A stretch of DNA of 64,000 nt from an uncultured Stakelama sp. (GCA_964419295.1 CAYQPM010000001.1:8550-72549); one strand, 5' to 3'; counted from the first letter of the stretch, positions 1 through 10,058 are shown. Numbers and translations: made by a program. The notes: generated from the letters alone by a model not told the origin.

Positions 1-1182
1 CGCGACGAAGCCGCCCGGCGCCCGGACACCGACTGGCATTTCGAATACAGCCCCGAAACCTTCTCGACCGCCGAACTCGATTTCTCGGTCGAGGTCTGCG
101 CCGCGGTGATGGACGTGCTGCGCCCGACCGCCGAACGGCCGATCATCTTCAACCTGCCCGCGACGGTCGAATGCGCGACCCCCAACGTATATGCCGACCA
201 GATCGAATGGTTCGCGCGGCATATCCCCAACCGCGATGCGGTGGTGATCTCGCTTCACACGCACAACGATCGCGGCACCGGCGTCGCCGCGGCGGAGCTG
301 GGGCTGATGGCGGGCGCCGACCGTGTCGAGGGTTGCCTGCTCGGCAATGGCGAACGCACCGGCAATTGCGATCTCGTGACGGTCGCGCTCAACATGTACA
401 CGCAAGGCGTGTCGCCGGGGCTCGACCTGTCGGACATAGACGGCGTCGTGAACACGGTCAATTATTGCACCAACATCCCCGTCCACCCGCGCACCCCCTA
501 TGCGGGCGACCTGGTCTTCACCGCCTTTTCCGGCAGTCACCAGGACGCGATCAAAAAGGGGTTCACCGCCCAGGCACGGCGCAACGACGCCTTGTGGGAA
601 GTCCCCTATCTGCCGATCGATCCCGCCGACCTCGGTCGCAGCTACGAAGCGGTGATCCGCGTCAATTCGCAATCGGGCAAGGGCGGCGTCGCCTGGGTGA
701 TCGAACAGGACAAGGGGCTCAAGCTGCCCAAGCGCATGCAGGCGGACTTCAGCCGCCACGTCCAGGCGCTCGCCGATGAAACCAGCCGTGAATTGAACGC
801 GGCGGACATCTGGGCCCGGTTCGAAGCGACCTATTTGCCCCGCGCTACCGACCGCGTCGTCCTGCGCGACTATGACGAGACGGGCAGCGCGGGCGACCGG
901 CTGTTCGTCGGCCGCGTCGCGATCGACGGCGTCGAACGATCGATCGCGGGGCGCGGCAACGGCCTGATCTCGGGCGTGATCGCCGCGCTCGGCGAAACCG
1001 GACCGGACCTCGACGTCGTCGATTACAGCGAACACGCGATCGGCCACGGCGCCGATGCGCAGGCCGCCGCCTACGTCGAATGCCGCACCGTCGACGGGCG
1101 CACCGTCTTCGGCGTCGGCCTCGATACCGACATCGCTACCGCATCCGTGCGCGCGGTCCTGAGCGCGGCGAACCGGGCCTGA
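1..1182 (+). CDS. leuA: 2-isopropylmalate synthase (5'-truncated by window edge)
   Basis: Motifs [43 protein letters not shown] and the C-terminal regulatory domain; the frame is open from base 1. Confidence 0.96.
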   Translation, partial: RDEAARRPDTDWHFEYSPETFSTAELDFSVEVCAAVMDVLRPTAERPIIFNLPATVECATPNVYADQIEWFARHIPNRDAVVISLHTHNDRGTGVAAAELGLMAGADRVEGCLLGNGERTGNCDLVTVALNMYTQGVSPGLDLSDIDGVVNTVNYCTNIPVHPRTPYAGDLVFTAFSGSHQDAIKKGFTAQARRNDALWEVPYLPIDPADLGRSYEAVIRVNSQSGKGGVAWVIEQDKGLKLPKRMQADFSRHVQALADETSRELNAADIWARFEATYLPRATDRVVLRDYDETGSAGDRLFVGRVAIDGVERSIAGRGNGLISGVIAALGETGPDLDVVDYSEHAIGHGADAQAAAYVECRTVDGRTVFGVGLDTDIATASVRAVLSAANRA

Positions 1183-1243
1183 GCGGGCGGCTCGCGTCGG
1201 CAGCCGGCGGCGCCAGGCTGCCGGCTTCGCCGCGCTGTCGCGC

Positions 1244-2149
1244 CTATTTCGCTGGAACGCCCTGTTGCGTATCGACGGCGGTCGTGAGCAAGCGCGTCAA
1301 CTCCGCGGGCAGGGCCTGTCGGGCAGCCACCTGTTTCGGCTGCCAGATTTTCGCCTCGACGAATTTGGGCACGAACCCGGGCGCCGCCGGCACCGCATAG
1401 GTTTTCCCGATGCTTGCGGGCGCATTCGGCATCTGCCGCAGCGGCCTTTTGCCCTGTGCCGCCAGACCGGCACCGATCTCGTCCAACCCTCCGCTGCACA
1501 GGACGTAATCCGGCTGTCGGACGCCGGCCGTGGCGGATTCAATATCGAGTGCGATGCTGCCGTAATTCATGCGCGCCGCTACCGGCAGTCCACGCAGATA
1601 ATCCAGCAGCGGCCGGTTCTGGGCGAACAGTTGATCGCGGCGATGTTCGGGCGCGGACGGATCGGCGCAGCGCGTCCCATCGACGGCGATCAGGCTGGCG
1701 TCGTAGAGCAGCATCATCGCCGCGGTGCCCTTCAGCCCCTCGCCGCTGTCGCCGGGCAGGGCGTTACCGGCGCGCCACAGGCCGTCGAGATAGGCGTACA
1801 CGACCAGAAAGCCCGCCCCCTGGAACACCCGCGCCTGCTCCCAGTTGAAATCCAGCACGATACCCGCCGGATCGCGCGTCGCATGAAGACGGTCGACGAG
1901 CTTGATGAACTCGCGTTCGCGCACCATACGATCCAGGTTCGCCGCATCGGCCGGCAACGCGCGCCCGGCCGGATCCATCACATTCACGAGGCGTGCGCGC
2001 AGCGTTGCCGCGTCGAGCGATGGCGCCGCCACCGCAGGGCCCCCGACGGTCTGCGCTTGGAGGCCGCCCATCGCAAAAGTTGCTGCAGCCAGCACGATCG
2101 GCGACACACTCCGTGCAGCCGCATATCTCCAGTTGCGCCGATCCCGCAT
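1244..2149 (-). CDS. Hypothetical exported protein
   Basis: ATG at 2149 preceded by GGAGGG; basic then hydrophobic signal-like N-terminus (..LAAATFAMGGLQA); no family recognised. Confidence 0.7.
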   Translation of the reverse strand: MRDRRNWRYAAARSVSPIVLAAATFAMGGLQAQTVGGPAVAAPSLDAATLRARLVNVMDPAGRALPADAANLDRMVREREFIKLVDRLHATRDPAGIVLDFNWEQARVFQGAGFLVVYAYLDGLWRAGNALPGDSGEGLKGTAAMMLLYDASLIAVDGTRCADPSAPEHRRDQLFAQNRPLLDYLRGLPVAARMNYGSIALDIESATAGVRQPDYVLCSGGLDEIGAGLAAQGKRPLRQMPNAPASIGKTYAVPAAPGFVPKFVEAKIWQPKQVAARQALPAELTRLLTTAVDTQQGVPAK

Positions 2150-2225
2150 CGTTTCCCTCCAACCGCGATGATCTGGGCTTAACACCGTCCGATACGGCCA
2201 CAATAGACCATTCCGCCTTCCACGG

Positions 2226-2576
2226 TCACCGCCGCCGCACCACCTCGCATCCGACCGCCGCGTCCGGATAGACGTCGAGCTTCATCGACTGCACCCGGAC
2301 TTCGCGCACGCGCGGGTCGGACAGGCATAGCGCCGCCACGGCGTCGACCAGCGTCTCCTGCAAGGCGAAGCCCTCGCCACCCGCCAGCGCATGGATGCCG
2401 TCGCGGACGAAGTCGTAATCCAGCACCTCCTCGATGCGGTCGGCGCTCGGCGGCGCGTCATAATGGACCGTCATCCAGACCGACAGGCGCACGCGCTGCG
2501 GTTCGACCTCATGTGGATGGATGCCGAGCCGCATGGCGACCTCCAGGCCTTCCAGGATCGTCGTATAGTCAGCCAT
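2226..2576 (-). CDS. folB: Dihydroneopterin aldolase family (FolB/FolX fold)
   Basis: LGIHPHE..PQRV, LDYD and LQETL motifs; overlaps the upstream SDR; same operon as folE. Confidence 0.85.
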   Translation of the reverse strand: MADYTTILEGLEVAMRLGIHPHEVEPQRVRLSVWMTVHYDAPPSADRIEEVLDYDFVRDGIHALAGGEGFALQETLVDAVAALCLSDPRVREVRVQSMKLDVYPDAAVGCEVVRRR

Positions 2577-3318
2577 GCCGGTCCCCGAACATCACGTCGC
2601 CGGCGCTGGCCACGAAGCGTTGGCCGGCATCGACATACAGCGTCTGGCCGGTGACGCTGCGCGCGCCGAGCAGATAGACGACGGCTTCCGCGACGTTCTC
2701 CGCGCCGACCGGGCGGCGGAGCAGATTGTCCGATGCGACGCGTGCGAATTCCGCTTCGCTCTGGTCGCCGCTCGGCAGCGTGATGCCCGGCGCGACCGCG
2801 TTGACCCGAACTTTGGGGGCGAGCGCCTGCGCCAGCATCTCCGTCGCGCCGGCAAGGGCGTATTTGCTGAGCGAATAGCTGAAGAAATCGGGGTTGGGAT
2901 TGGCAAGCTTCTGGTCGAGCAGGTTGACGACCGCACCCGCGGCGATGTCGGTTTGCGCGGACAGCGCCGCGGCCAGTACGGCAGGCGTCACGCTGTTGAT
3001 CGCGTGCAGCCGCATCGCCAGCGCGGCATCGATCGCCTCCGGCCGGTCGAACGCGAACAGCGAGGCGCTGTTGACGAGTCCCACGATCGGTGCGCCCGCC
3101 GCAGCCCGTGCCCGCGCGAACAGGTCGCCGGCGCCCGCCGCATCCGCCAGATCGCCCGCGACGCTCGCGCCCCCCAGTTCGGCCGCAAGCGCCTGCGCCT
3201 CGTCCGCCGATCGCCCGAAATGGATGACGACGCGCCCGCCCGCGGCGGCGACCGCACGGGCGATCGCCGCGCCCAGCCGTTTCGCCCCGCCGGTGACGAG
3301 GACCGCACCGGTCAGCAT
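2569..3318 (-). CDS. SDR oxidoreductase, pteridine reductase (FolM/PTR1-like)
   Basis: TGGAKRLG Rossmann motif, NSAS, YSLSK catalytic motif, VRVNAVAPG; start moved to MLTGAVLV, overlapping the folE stop. Confidence 0.85.
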   Translation of the reverse strand: MLTGAVLVTGGAKRLGAAIARAVAAAGGRVVIHFGRSADEAQALAAELGGASVAGDLADAAGAGDLFARARAAAGAPIVGLVNSASLFAFDRPEAIDAALAMRLHAINSVTPAVLAAALSAQTDIAAGAVVNLLDQKLANPNPDFFSYSLSKYALAGATEMLAQALAPKVRVNAVAPGITLPSGDQSEAEFARVASDNLLRRPVGAENVAEAVVYLLGARSVTGQTLYVDAGQRFVASAGDVMFGDRHG

Positions 3319-3932
3319 CCCATCAGCGCCAGCACTTCCTTGCGGCTGCGTTCGTCGTCGCGGAACACGCCCATCATCCGGCTGGTCACCATCGACACGC
3401 CCGGCGTGCGGACGCCGCGCGCGCTCATGCAGGCATGGCTCGCCTCGATCACCACCGCGACGCCCTGCGGCTTCAGATTGTCCCAGATACAGTCCGCCAC
3501 CTCGGCGGTCAGCCGCTCCTGCACCTGCAACCGGCGTGCGAAGCCGTGCAGCACGCGGGCGAGCTTGCTGATCCCGACCACATGGTTCTTCGGCAGATAG
3601 GCGATGTGCGCCTTGCCGATGATCGGCGCCATGTGATGTTCGCAATGCGACTGGAACGGAATGTCCTTCAGCAGCACGATCTCGTCATAGCCGCCGACCT
3701 CCTCGAACACCCGCTCCAGATGCTTGGCGGGATGGTCCTGGTAGCCGGCGCAATATTCCTTCCACGCCTTGGCGACGCGGCGCGGCGTGTCGATCAGCCC
3801 CTCGCGCTCGGGATCGTCGCCGGCCCAGCGGATCAGCGTACGGATCGCGTCGGTGACATCGGCGGGAATGGCCGGCGTCGCGGTCGCCTCCACCAGATCG
3901 CCGTCGTCCGGCGTGCCGCGGCCGTCATCCAT
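3312..3932 (-). CDS. folE: GTP cyclohydrolase I
   Basis: REGLIDTPRRVAK, SHCEHHMAP, GISKLAR, RRLQVQERLT and HACMSARGV motifs. Confidence 0.97.
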   Translation of the reverse strand: MDDGRGTPDDGDLVEATATPAIPADVTDAIRTLIRWAGDDPEREGLIDTPRRVAKAWKEYCAGYQDHPAKHLERVFEEVGGYDEIVLLKDIPFQSHCEHHMAPIIGKAHIAYLPKNHVVGISKLARVLHGFARRLQVQERLTAEVADCIWDNLKPQGVAVVIEASHACMSARGVRTPGVSMVTSRMMGVFRDDERSRKEVLALMGC

Positions 3933-4042
3933 GTCGCAACGCCTTGTTCGCGCTGCACCGCACCCAACCATAAGTTCGATTTAGCAACTGTTTCATCCTG
4001 ATCGTACACCGGGCAACCGTCGGTTTACCTAGCAGAAATCGG

Positions 4043-4089
4043 TTGACGCAAGAAATTTACGGACGTTAGTTTCGCCATACCTGAAACTA
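4043..4089 (+). promoter_or_regulatory. Putative sigma70-type promoter with overlapping inverted repeat upstream of the TonB-dependent receptor
   Basis: TTGACG at 4043-4048; TAGTTTC-N9-GAAACTA at 4067-4089. Confidence 0.4.
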
Positions 4090-4145
4090 GAACTTCCGTA
4101 TTGCCGGCGTCAGACCGAGCGAGCGGACAGGGAGAGGATGCCATC

Positions 4146-7115
4146 ATGAAGAAGTTCGAACTGCTCGTCGCATCGGCACTCGTCATGCTGCCAGCGATTC
4201 CCGCCGCCGCGCAGACCGCCGATACCACGTCCGCCCAGAATACGGCACCCACCGGCAGCCCCGGGCAGGAGGCGCCTTCGTCGCAGAGCATCGATCCGAA
4301 TGCCGCCTCCGCGGAATCGCAAGGCAATATCGGCGACATCGTGATCACCGCGCAGCGCCAGTCGCAGCGTTTGCAGGACGTGCCGATCGCGGTCAGCGCC
4401 TTCACCGCCGACAATCTGGAAAAGCAGCAGATCGTCAACCCGACGGCGCTTCAGCAATCCCTGCCCAGCATCACCTTCACCAAGACGGGCTTCACGACGT
4501 CGAGCTTCACGATCCGCGGCATCGGCGATCTCTGCGTCGGCGCAACCTGCGACCAGGCGACGGCGATCCACGTCAACGACATGCCGCTGACCAGCACGCG
4601 TCTCTTCGAAAGCGAATTCTTCGATCTGGAACGGGTCGAGGTGCTGCGCGGGCCGCAGGGTACGCTGTTCGGGCGCAATGCGACGTCGGGCGTGGTCAAC
4701 TTCATCACCGCCAAGCCCGACCTCAGCGGCGTGCACGCGGCCGGCGAATTCGAATATGGCAATTTCGATTCGAAACGCGCGCGGGCGATGTTCAACCTGC
4801 CGATCGGCGATACGCTCGGCATCCGCGTCGCCGGCACCTACCTCAAGCGCGACGGTTATACCTTCAACACCTATGACAATACGCGGATCGACGGGCGCGA
4901 CCTGTATTCGGTGCGCGGCACCCTGTCGTGGGAGCCGTCGAGCGACACGCGCATCGACCTGATCGGCTATTATTTCCACGAACGCGACAACCGCAGCCGC
5001 ATCCAGAAACAGCTCTGCCATCGCGATCCGACCGGCGTGCTCGGCTGTCTGCCCGATACCAAGAGCTACGAAACGACCAACGGCCTGTCGACGCTGGCGG
5101 CGGTGCTCACCTCGACCGAATTCTTCCGCGTCAACAATGCCGCGCTCGCGCCCTTCGCCTTGCAAAGCCTGTACGGCACCGATCCGTACACGGGCGTGGT
5201 CAACCCGACAGACGTGCGCACCGTCCGCATCGATTACGACCCGACCTATTTCGCCGACGAGGAACAATATACCGCCAAGATCTTCCACGATTTCGGCAAG
5301 GTGAGCTTCAACTTCACCGGCGGATACGCGCGCAATTCGGTCGACAGCACGGTCGACTATAACCTCGCGGTGGAAGGCTCGCTGGCCAACAACCCGGGCC
5401 TCGCCGCGCTGAACGCATTCGGCCGGGCGGGCAGCGCCGCTCCCTTCCTCAACGGTGTGCGCACCACCCTGATCCCCAACGGACCGGCCGGCGGCGTGTG
5501 CCAGTCGGCGGCGGATCCGACCAATGTCGGCGTGTTTGGGGGCAATTCCATCGGCTGCTACCCGCAAAGCCTCGATTTCGACCGCTCCCGAGCCCGCAAC
5601 CGCCAATATTCGGCTGAGGCGCACATTGACAGCGCCTTCGACGGACCGTTCAACTTCTTGCTTGGCGGGATCTACGTCGACAGCAAGACGCAGAACAACG
5701 ATTATTTTGTCAACGCATTCGGCCTGGACTATGCCTCGGGCATTCTGGGGGCCGGATCGTCCGCTGCGATCCCCGGCGTCGGCGGCAATGCTTTCCTCGG
5801 CTCGCCCTTCTACCGCAACGACACCAAGCTGTTCCGGCTGAAATCCTACGGCATCTTCGGCGAAACCTATTTCGCCTTCAGCCCGCGCGCCAAGCTGACC
5901 CTGGGCCTGCGCTACAATCACGACGACAAGTTCGTGCAGGCGCGCAACCTGACGCTCAATGTCCTGACGCCGTACAGCGCTGGCTCCATCGAGAACGGCC
6001 TCAACTATGCCGCTGTCGATTTCGACCCGACGACGGCGGGCATCCAGGACTATGCACGCCGCTCCGTCTCGTTCGGTCGCCTGACCGGGCGAGCGGTGTT
6101 CGACTTCAAGATCGACGATAACAAGCTACTCTACGCATCCTATTCGCGCGGCTACAAGTCCGGCGGCATCAACCCGCCGGTCGCCGCGTCCTTCTCGGTC
6201 CCGGGCACCTTCTCGCCCGAGACGGTGAATGCGTTCGAGGTCGGTTCCAAGAACACCTTCGCGCATGGCGCGCTGCGTCTGAACCTCACCGGCTTCTACT
6301 ACAAGTACAAGGCGTTGCAGCTCAGCCGCATCGTCGCGCGGACCGCGGTCAACGACAATGTCGACGCCAATATCTACGGCGTCGAGGCGGAGGCGGTGAT
6401 CGCGCCGGTTCCGCGGTTCGTCGTCAACATGAACGCCAGCTACCTGCATACCGAGATCACCGGTGACAAGGCGCTGATCAACCCCCGTCTGCCCTCCGGC
6501 GGCCGCACCGACACGGTGATCATCAAGGATATCACCAACGCGTCGAACTGCGTCGTCATTCCCAATGCAGGCGGCAGCGCCGCGCTTGCCAACGGGTTCG
6601 TCACAACCGTCAACACCGCCCTCGGACTGCGCGGCCCCGTCGCGGTGCCCGGCACCGGCACCACCGGCGCCTTCGGCATCTGTTCGGCCCTGCAGGCCAA
6701 TGCCGCCGCCGCCGGGCTGCCGCTGACCGTCACCGACGGCGTACCAGTCGGCCTCAACGGCAACACCCTCCCCCAGGCACCGAAGTACAAGTGGTCCGTC
6801 GGTGCGCAATATACCGCGGATTTCGCCGGCGGCTGGTCGGTCGTGCCACGCGTCGACCTAAACTACACCGGTGGCTTTTCGGCCAGCGTGTTCAACCTCA
6901 ACGTCGATCGCGTACCGGGATACGAAGTCGTCAACGCGCAGATCCAGATCAACGCGCCAGACGATCGCTTCTACCTGCGCGGCTTCGTCCAGAACCTGAC
7001 CGACAACGACGCGATCACCGGGCAGGCCGCGGCGGACCAGTCGTCGGGCCTCTACACCAACATCTTTACGATCGAACCGCGGCGCTACGGCCTCGCCGCG
7101 GGCTTCAAGTTCTGA
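4146..7115 (+). CDS. TonB-dependent outer-membrane receptor
   Basis: Signal peptide, TonB box (DIVITAQ), plug motif ERVEVLRGPQGTLFGRN, C-terminal aromatic ending (GFKF); GGAGAGG RBS. Confidence 0.95.
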   Translation: MKKFELLVASALVMLPAIPAAAQTADTTSAQNTAPTGSPGQEAPSSQSIDPNAASAESQGNIGDIVITAQRQSQRLQDVPIAVSAFTADNLEKQQIVNPTALQQSLPSITFTKTGFTTSSFTIRGIGDLCVGATCDQATAIHVNDMPLTSTRLFESEFFDLERVEVLRGPQGTLFGRNATSGVVNFITAKPDLSGVHAAGEFEYGNFDSKRARAMFNLPIGDTLGIRVAGTYLKRDGYTFNTYDNTRIDGRDLYSVRGTLSWEPSSDTRIDLIGYYFHERDNRSRIQKQLCHRDPTGVLGCLPDTKSYETTNGLSTLAAVLTSTEFFRVNNAALAPFALQSLYGTDPYTGVVNPTDVRTVRIDYDPTYFADEEQYTAKIFHDFGKVSFNFTGGYARNSVDSTVDYNLAVEGSLANNPGLAALNAFGRAGSAAPFLNGVRTTLIPNGPAGGVCQSAADPTNVGVFGGNSIGCYPQSLDFDRSRARNRQYSAEAHIDSAFDGPFNFLLGGIYVDSKTQNNDYFVNAFGLDYASGILGAGSSAAIPGVGGNAFLGSPFYRNDTKLFRLKSYGIFGETYFAFSPRAKLTLGLRYNHDDKFVQARNLTLNVLTPYSAGSIENGLNYAAVDFDPTTAGIQDYARRSVSFGRLTGRAVFDFKIDDNKLLYASYSRGYKSGGINPPVAASFSVPGTFSPETVNAFEVGSKNTFAHGALRLNLTGFYYKYKALQLSRIVARTAVNDNVDANIYGVEAEAVIAPVPRFVVNMNASYLHTEITGDKALINPRLPSGGRTDTVIIKDITNASNCVVIPNAGGSAALANGFVTTVNTALGLRGPVAVPGTGTTGAFGICSALQANAAAAGLPLTVTDGVPVGLNGNTLPQAPKYKWSVGAQYTADFAGGWSVVPRVDLNYTGGFSASVFNLNVDRVPGYEVVNAQIQINAPDDRFYLRGFVQNLTDNDAITGQAAADQSSGLYTNIFTIEPRRYGLAAGFKF

Positions 7116-7141
7116 TCGTGACTGCGGGGTGCCGGCGCGCG

Positions 7142-7166
7142 CGAACGGCACCCCGTCCTATCCGTT
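7142..7166 (+). promoter_or_regulatory. Putative EcfG/SigT general-stress promoter
   Basis: CGAAC-N16-CGTT, close to the GGAAC-N16/17-CGTT consensus, upstream of a DUF2945-type gene. Confidence 0.45.
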
Positions 7167-7224
7167 GCAACCGTTTCGCGTCCCCGAACGCTTGATCGCC
7201 ATCGAAGACACCAGGAGACGGACG

Positions 7225-7428
7225 ATGACGGAGTTCAAGGCCGGCGACGAAGTGACGTGGAAAAGCCATGGCGGCACCGCTCATGGCAAGGTCGAGAAGA
7301 AGCAGACCAGCGACACCCATATCAAGAGCCACACGGTGCGCGCCTCCAAGGACGACCCCCAGTACATCGTAAAGAGTGACAACGGTGGAAAGGCAGCGCA
7401 CAAGGCGGGCGCGCTCAAAAAGGCGTGA
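7225..7428 (+). CDS. DUF2945 / hypervirulence-associated TUDOR-like small protein
   Basis: FKAGDEVTWKSHGG...RASKDDPQYIVKSD..AAHK pattern; AGGAG RBS. Confidence 0.85.
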   Translation: MTEFKAGDEVTWKSHGGTAHGKVEKKQTSDTHIKSHTVRASKDDPQYIVKSDNGGKAAHKAGALKKA

Positions 7429-7472
7429 CCCTTAACGCCCGGCAGGAACGGGCGATTTCAGGAAGGAATGCG

Positions 7473-7733
7473 ATGGCTACGACTACCAAGACCGGCGGCA
7501 TCCACGCCCCCGTACAGCCCTCCCCGGAGCTCGGGGCGATCGTCGGCAACGAGAAGCTGCCGCGCAGTCAGGTGATCAGCAAGGTGTGGGAATATATCAA
7601 GTCCAACAACCTGCAGAATCCCGAGAACAAGCGCGAGATCCTCGCCGACGAGAAGCTGAAGAAGGTGTTCGGCCGCGACAAGTGCACGATGTTCGAGATG
7701 AACAAGTACATCTCGCAGCACGTGAAGGCCTGA
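7473..7733 (+). CDS. SWIB/MDM2 domain protein
   Basis: PSPELGAIVG..PRSQVISKVWEYIKSNNLQNPENKREILADEKL..MFEMNK is the SWIB signature. Confidence 0.92.
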   Translation: MATTTKTGGIHAPVQPSPELGAIVGNEKLPRSQVISKVWEYIKSNNLQNPENKREILADEKLKKVFGRDKCTMFEMNKYISQHVKA

Positions 7734-7751
7734 ACCTAGACGGTTCACCTC

Positions 7752-7788
7752 CGAGAGCATCGCGCCCGCGTGGCTGGCGATGCTCTCG
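7752..7788. terminator. Hairpin between convergent genes
   Basis: CGAGAGCATCGC ... GCGATGCTCTCG perfect 12-bp inverted repeat. Confidence 0.6.
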
Positions 7789-7820
7789 ACAGGGCGCGTA
7801 ATCTCGCGCCCTCGATCGGC

Positions 7821-7919
7821 TCAGCGGGCCTTTGCGTCGATGAACGGCAGGCGCACGACCGAGACGACGATCATCGCAACGCCCGCAGCGACGTAGAGCC
7901 AGAACGACAGCGGGCGCAT
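7821..7919 (-). CDS. Putative 32-aa single-TM small protein
   Basis: MRPLSFWLYVAAGVAMIVVSVVRLPFIDAKAR; one hydrophobic segment; ends just before the 7752 hairpin. Confidence 0.45.
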   Translation of the reverse strand: MRPLSFWLYVAAGVAMIVVSVVRLPFIDAKAR

Positions 7920-8392
7920 GTTACGCGATCCCGCGGCGTCGGCATGCGCCGATCGCCTCCGCACCATCGTCGCACCCGGACACGCTGGCAGCCTTGTCAC
8001 GCAACAGCTTGCTCCCGATCGCCAAGTGCAACCATCACGATATTCCCCAATTGTTGCACGCGTTTTGCAGTGCACCGCCGACTACGCTTACCCGACCCGA
8101 CGATATTCCGATAGGTCGCACGAAGCGTGCAAAGGGGGCAGTCCGGCGCAAGGTCCCGATCCGAACATGGCATTACCCTTGGGCAACGCCGGGATGCAGG
8201 CGGTGCCGCGGCGGGATCGTGTGACGAGCACGAAACTAGGCTTCCCGCCGCGACGCGGTCATAACGCAGCAGCATGGGCTTTCGTCCATCCCTCTCAGCA
8301 GGCCGGCTGCGACGAACGGTGGATCGGAACGCATGGAACGAAGCTGCGCCTTCGCTCGGGTTCGCGTCTAGGCAGGACGGACGCTGCAACGA

Positions 8393-8469
8393 TGGTGACC
8401 CCGGCGCGATTCGAACGCGCGACCTACAGATTAGGAATCTGGCGCTCTATCCGGCTGAGCTACGGGGCC
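8393..8469 (-). tRNA. tRNA-Arg(CCT)
   Basis: Reverse complement GGCCCCGTAGCTCAGCCGGATAGAGCG-CCAGATT-CCT-AATCTG..GTTCGAATC..GGGGTCACCA; 77 nt with encoded CCA. Confidence 0.95.
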
Positions 8470-8522
8470 ACTGGGCGCCGTATTACCGGTCCCGGCGCGA
8501 CGGGTCCAGCCTGCGGCGTCCG

Positions 8523-8954
8523 TCAGTTCGCCTTTTCCGGCGGCACGACCGGAAACGGCAGCGGAGCGACGGGCACGCCGTCCTCCACCAAGGCGCGCGC
8601 TTCGGCTAAGCTCGCCTTGCCGTGAATCGGTTTATGATCCTCCGCCCCGTCGTGCATCGCCCGCGCGCGCGAGGCGAATTGCTCGCCCACCCATTGCGAC
8701 CCGGCAAGCGCCCTGGCCTGTCCTTCAGCGAGCAGCCGCATCGCCTGTTTCACCACCGCCGGCGGCGGCGGGTCGCTACGCGCATTGCCCTTCGCGCCGA
8801 TGCTGGGCGCCATCATCGCCTTGACGACCGCATCATCCCCGCAGAGCGGGCAACAAACCTGCCCGGCCGCGCGCTGGTCCTCGTACGCGGCGCTCGATCC
8901 GAACCACGCTTCGAAGACGTGCCCGCCGCCGCAGCGCAGGTCGAAGACGATCAT
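8523..8954 (-). CDS. DUF1178 family protein
   Basis: MIVFDLRC..HVFEAWFGSS..CPLCG..VGEQFA..ARAMH signature. Confidence 0.88.
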   Translation of the reverse strand: MIVFDLRCGGGHVFEAWFGSSAAYEDQRAAGQVCCPLCGDDAVVKAMMAPSIGAKGNARSDPPPPAVVKQAMRLLAEGQARALAGSQWVGEQFASRARAMHDGAEDHKPIHGKASLAEARALVEDGVPVAPLPFPVVPPEKAN

Positions 8955-9772
8955 GCCCGGGTCACGTCGGGGATGACGCGCCGATGCGCCAGCACGGGGA
9001 TGCGACGGCGCACCTCGGCCACGCGGGCCACGTCGATCTCGGCAAAGCCAAGTCCGCGCGCGTCGCCCATGTCCAGCAGCACGTCGCCCCAAGGGTCGAC
9101 CACCAGCGAATGGCCATAGGTCGCACGACCATCCTCATGCGCGCCGACCTGCGCCGCCGCGATCACGAAGCATCCCGTCTCGATCGCGCGTGCCCGCATC
9201 AGCGCGTGCCAATGTGCCGCACCGGTGGGGCGGGTGAACGCGGCCGGGATCGCCAACAGATCCGCTCCCGCACCCGCCAGCGCAGCATAAAGCGCCGGAA
9301 AGCGCAGATCGTAGCAGATGGAAAGGCCCATCGGCCCCAGCGGCGTCTGCACCACGACGGCGTTCTCACCGGGGGCATAGGCCGCCGATTCGCGCCAGCT
9401 TTCGCCGCTCGGCAGATCGACGTCGAACAGGTGGAGTTTGTCGTAGCGCGCGCGGATCGTGCCGGCGTCGTCGATGACGAAGGTGCGGTTGGCAAGGCGG
9501 CCGTCGCCGCCGCGCACCGCCAGCGATCCCAGATGCACCCATATGCCCGCTTGAGCCGCCGCGTCCTGCACGGTGCGCAGGACGGGATCGTCCTCCTCAT
9601 GACGGATCGACGCGGCCGCCCGCGCCCGGTCGCTATCGACCAGCCCCGCCATCTCCGGCGCGAAGGCCATCACCGCGCCATTCGCGGCGGCCGCGGCTAT
9701 ACCATGTCGCAGGTCGGCCGCGTTGACGGCGGGATCGATCCCGCTCGTCATCTGCAGCAGCGCGACCTTCAT
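8951..9772 (-). CDS. Carbon-nitrogen hydrolase (Nit1-like deaminated-glutathione amidase)
   Basis: PE, YDKLHLFDV, ICYDLRFP and RARAIET motifs; directly downstream of grxC. Confidence 0.9.
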   Translation of the reverse strand: MKVALLQMTSGIDPAVNAADLRHGIAAAAANGAVMAFAPEMAGLVDSDRARAAASIRHEEDDPVLRTVQDAAAQAGIWVHLGSLAVRGGDGRLANRTFVIDDAGTIRARYDKLHLFDVDLPSGESWRESAAYAPGENAVVVQTPLGPMGLSICYDLRFPALYAALAGAGADLLAIPAAFTRPTGAAHWHALMRARAIETGCFVIAAAQVGAHEDGRATYGHSLVVDPWGDVLLDMGDARGLGFAEIDVARVAEVRRRIPVLAHRRVIPDVTRA

Positions 9773-10026
9773 GCCGCCAGAAGCGGATCGAGTCCCCCAC
9801 GGGCGTCCAGCGCGGCGAGATCGTCCGACCCGCCGATATGCGCGCCGTCGATGAACACCTGCGGCACGGTCGTACGGCCGTTCGCGCGCTGGATCATCTC
9901 CTGCCGCTGCGGGCCGCCCATCGTGATGTCATATTCCTGCGGATCGACGCCCTTGGCCGCGAGCAACCGCATCGCGCGCGAGCAATAGGGACAGAATGCC
10001 TTGGTGTAGATTTCGACCTTTGCCAT
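9769..10026 (-). CDS. grxC: Glutaredoxin 3
   Basis: CPYC active site, TVPQVFI, IGGSDDL. Confidence 0.95.
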   Translation of the reverse strand: MAKVEIYTKAFCPYCSRAMRLLAAKGVDPQEYDITMGGPQRQEMIQRANGRTTVPQVFIDGAHIGGSDDLAALDARGGLDPLLAA

Positions 10027-10058
10027 GATGAAAGAGGTGTGGGCTCGACCCCGCATTG

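Noticed and set aside
8273..8302. Minus-strand CTGAGAG...GAAA, reminiscent of a hammerhead or TPP riboswitch core
   Set aside because: The flanking stems and remaining conserved elements (hammerhead stems I/III; TPP CCTGA and AGGGA) could not be found. An Rfam scan would settle it.
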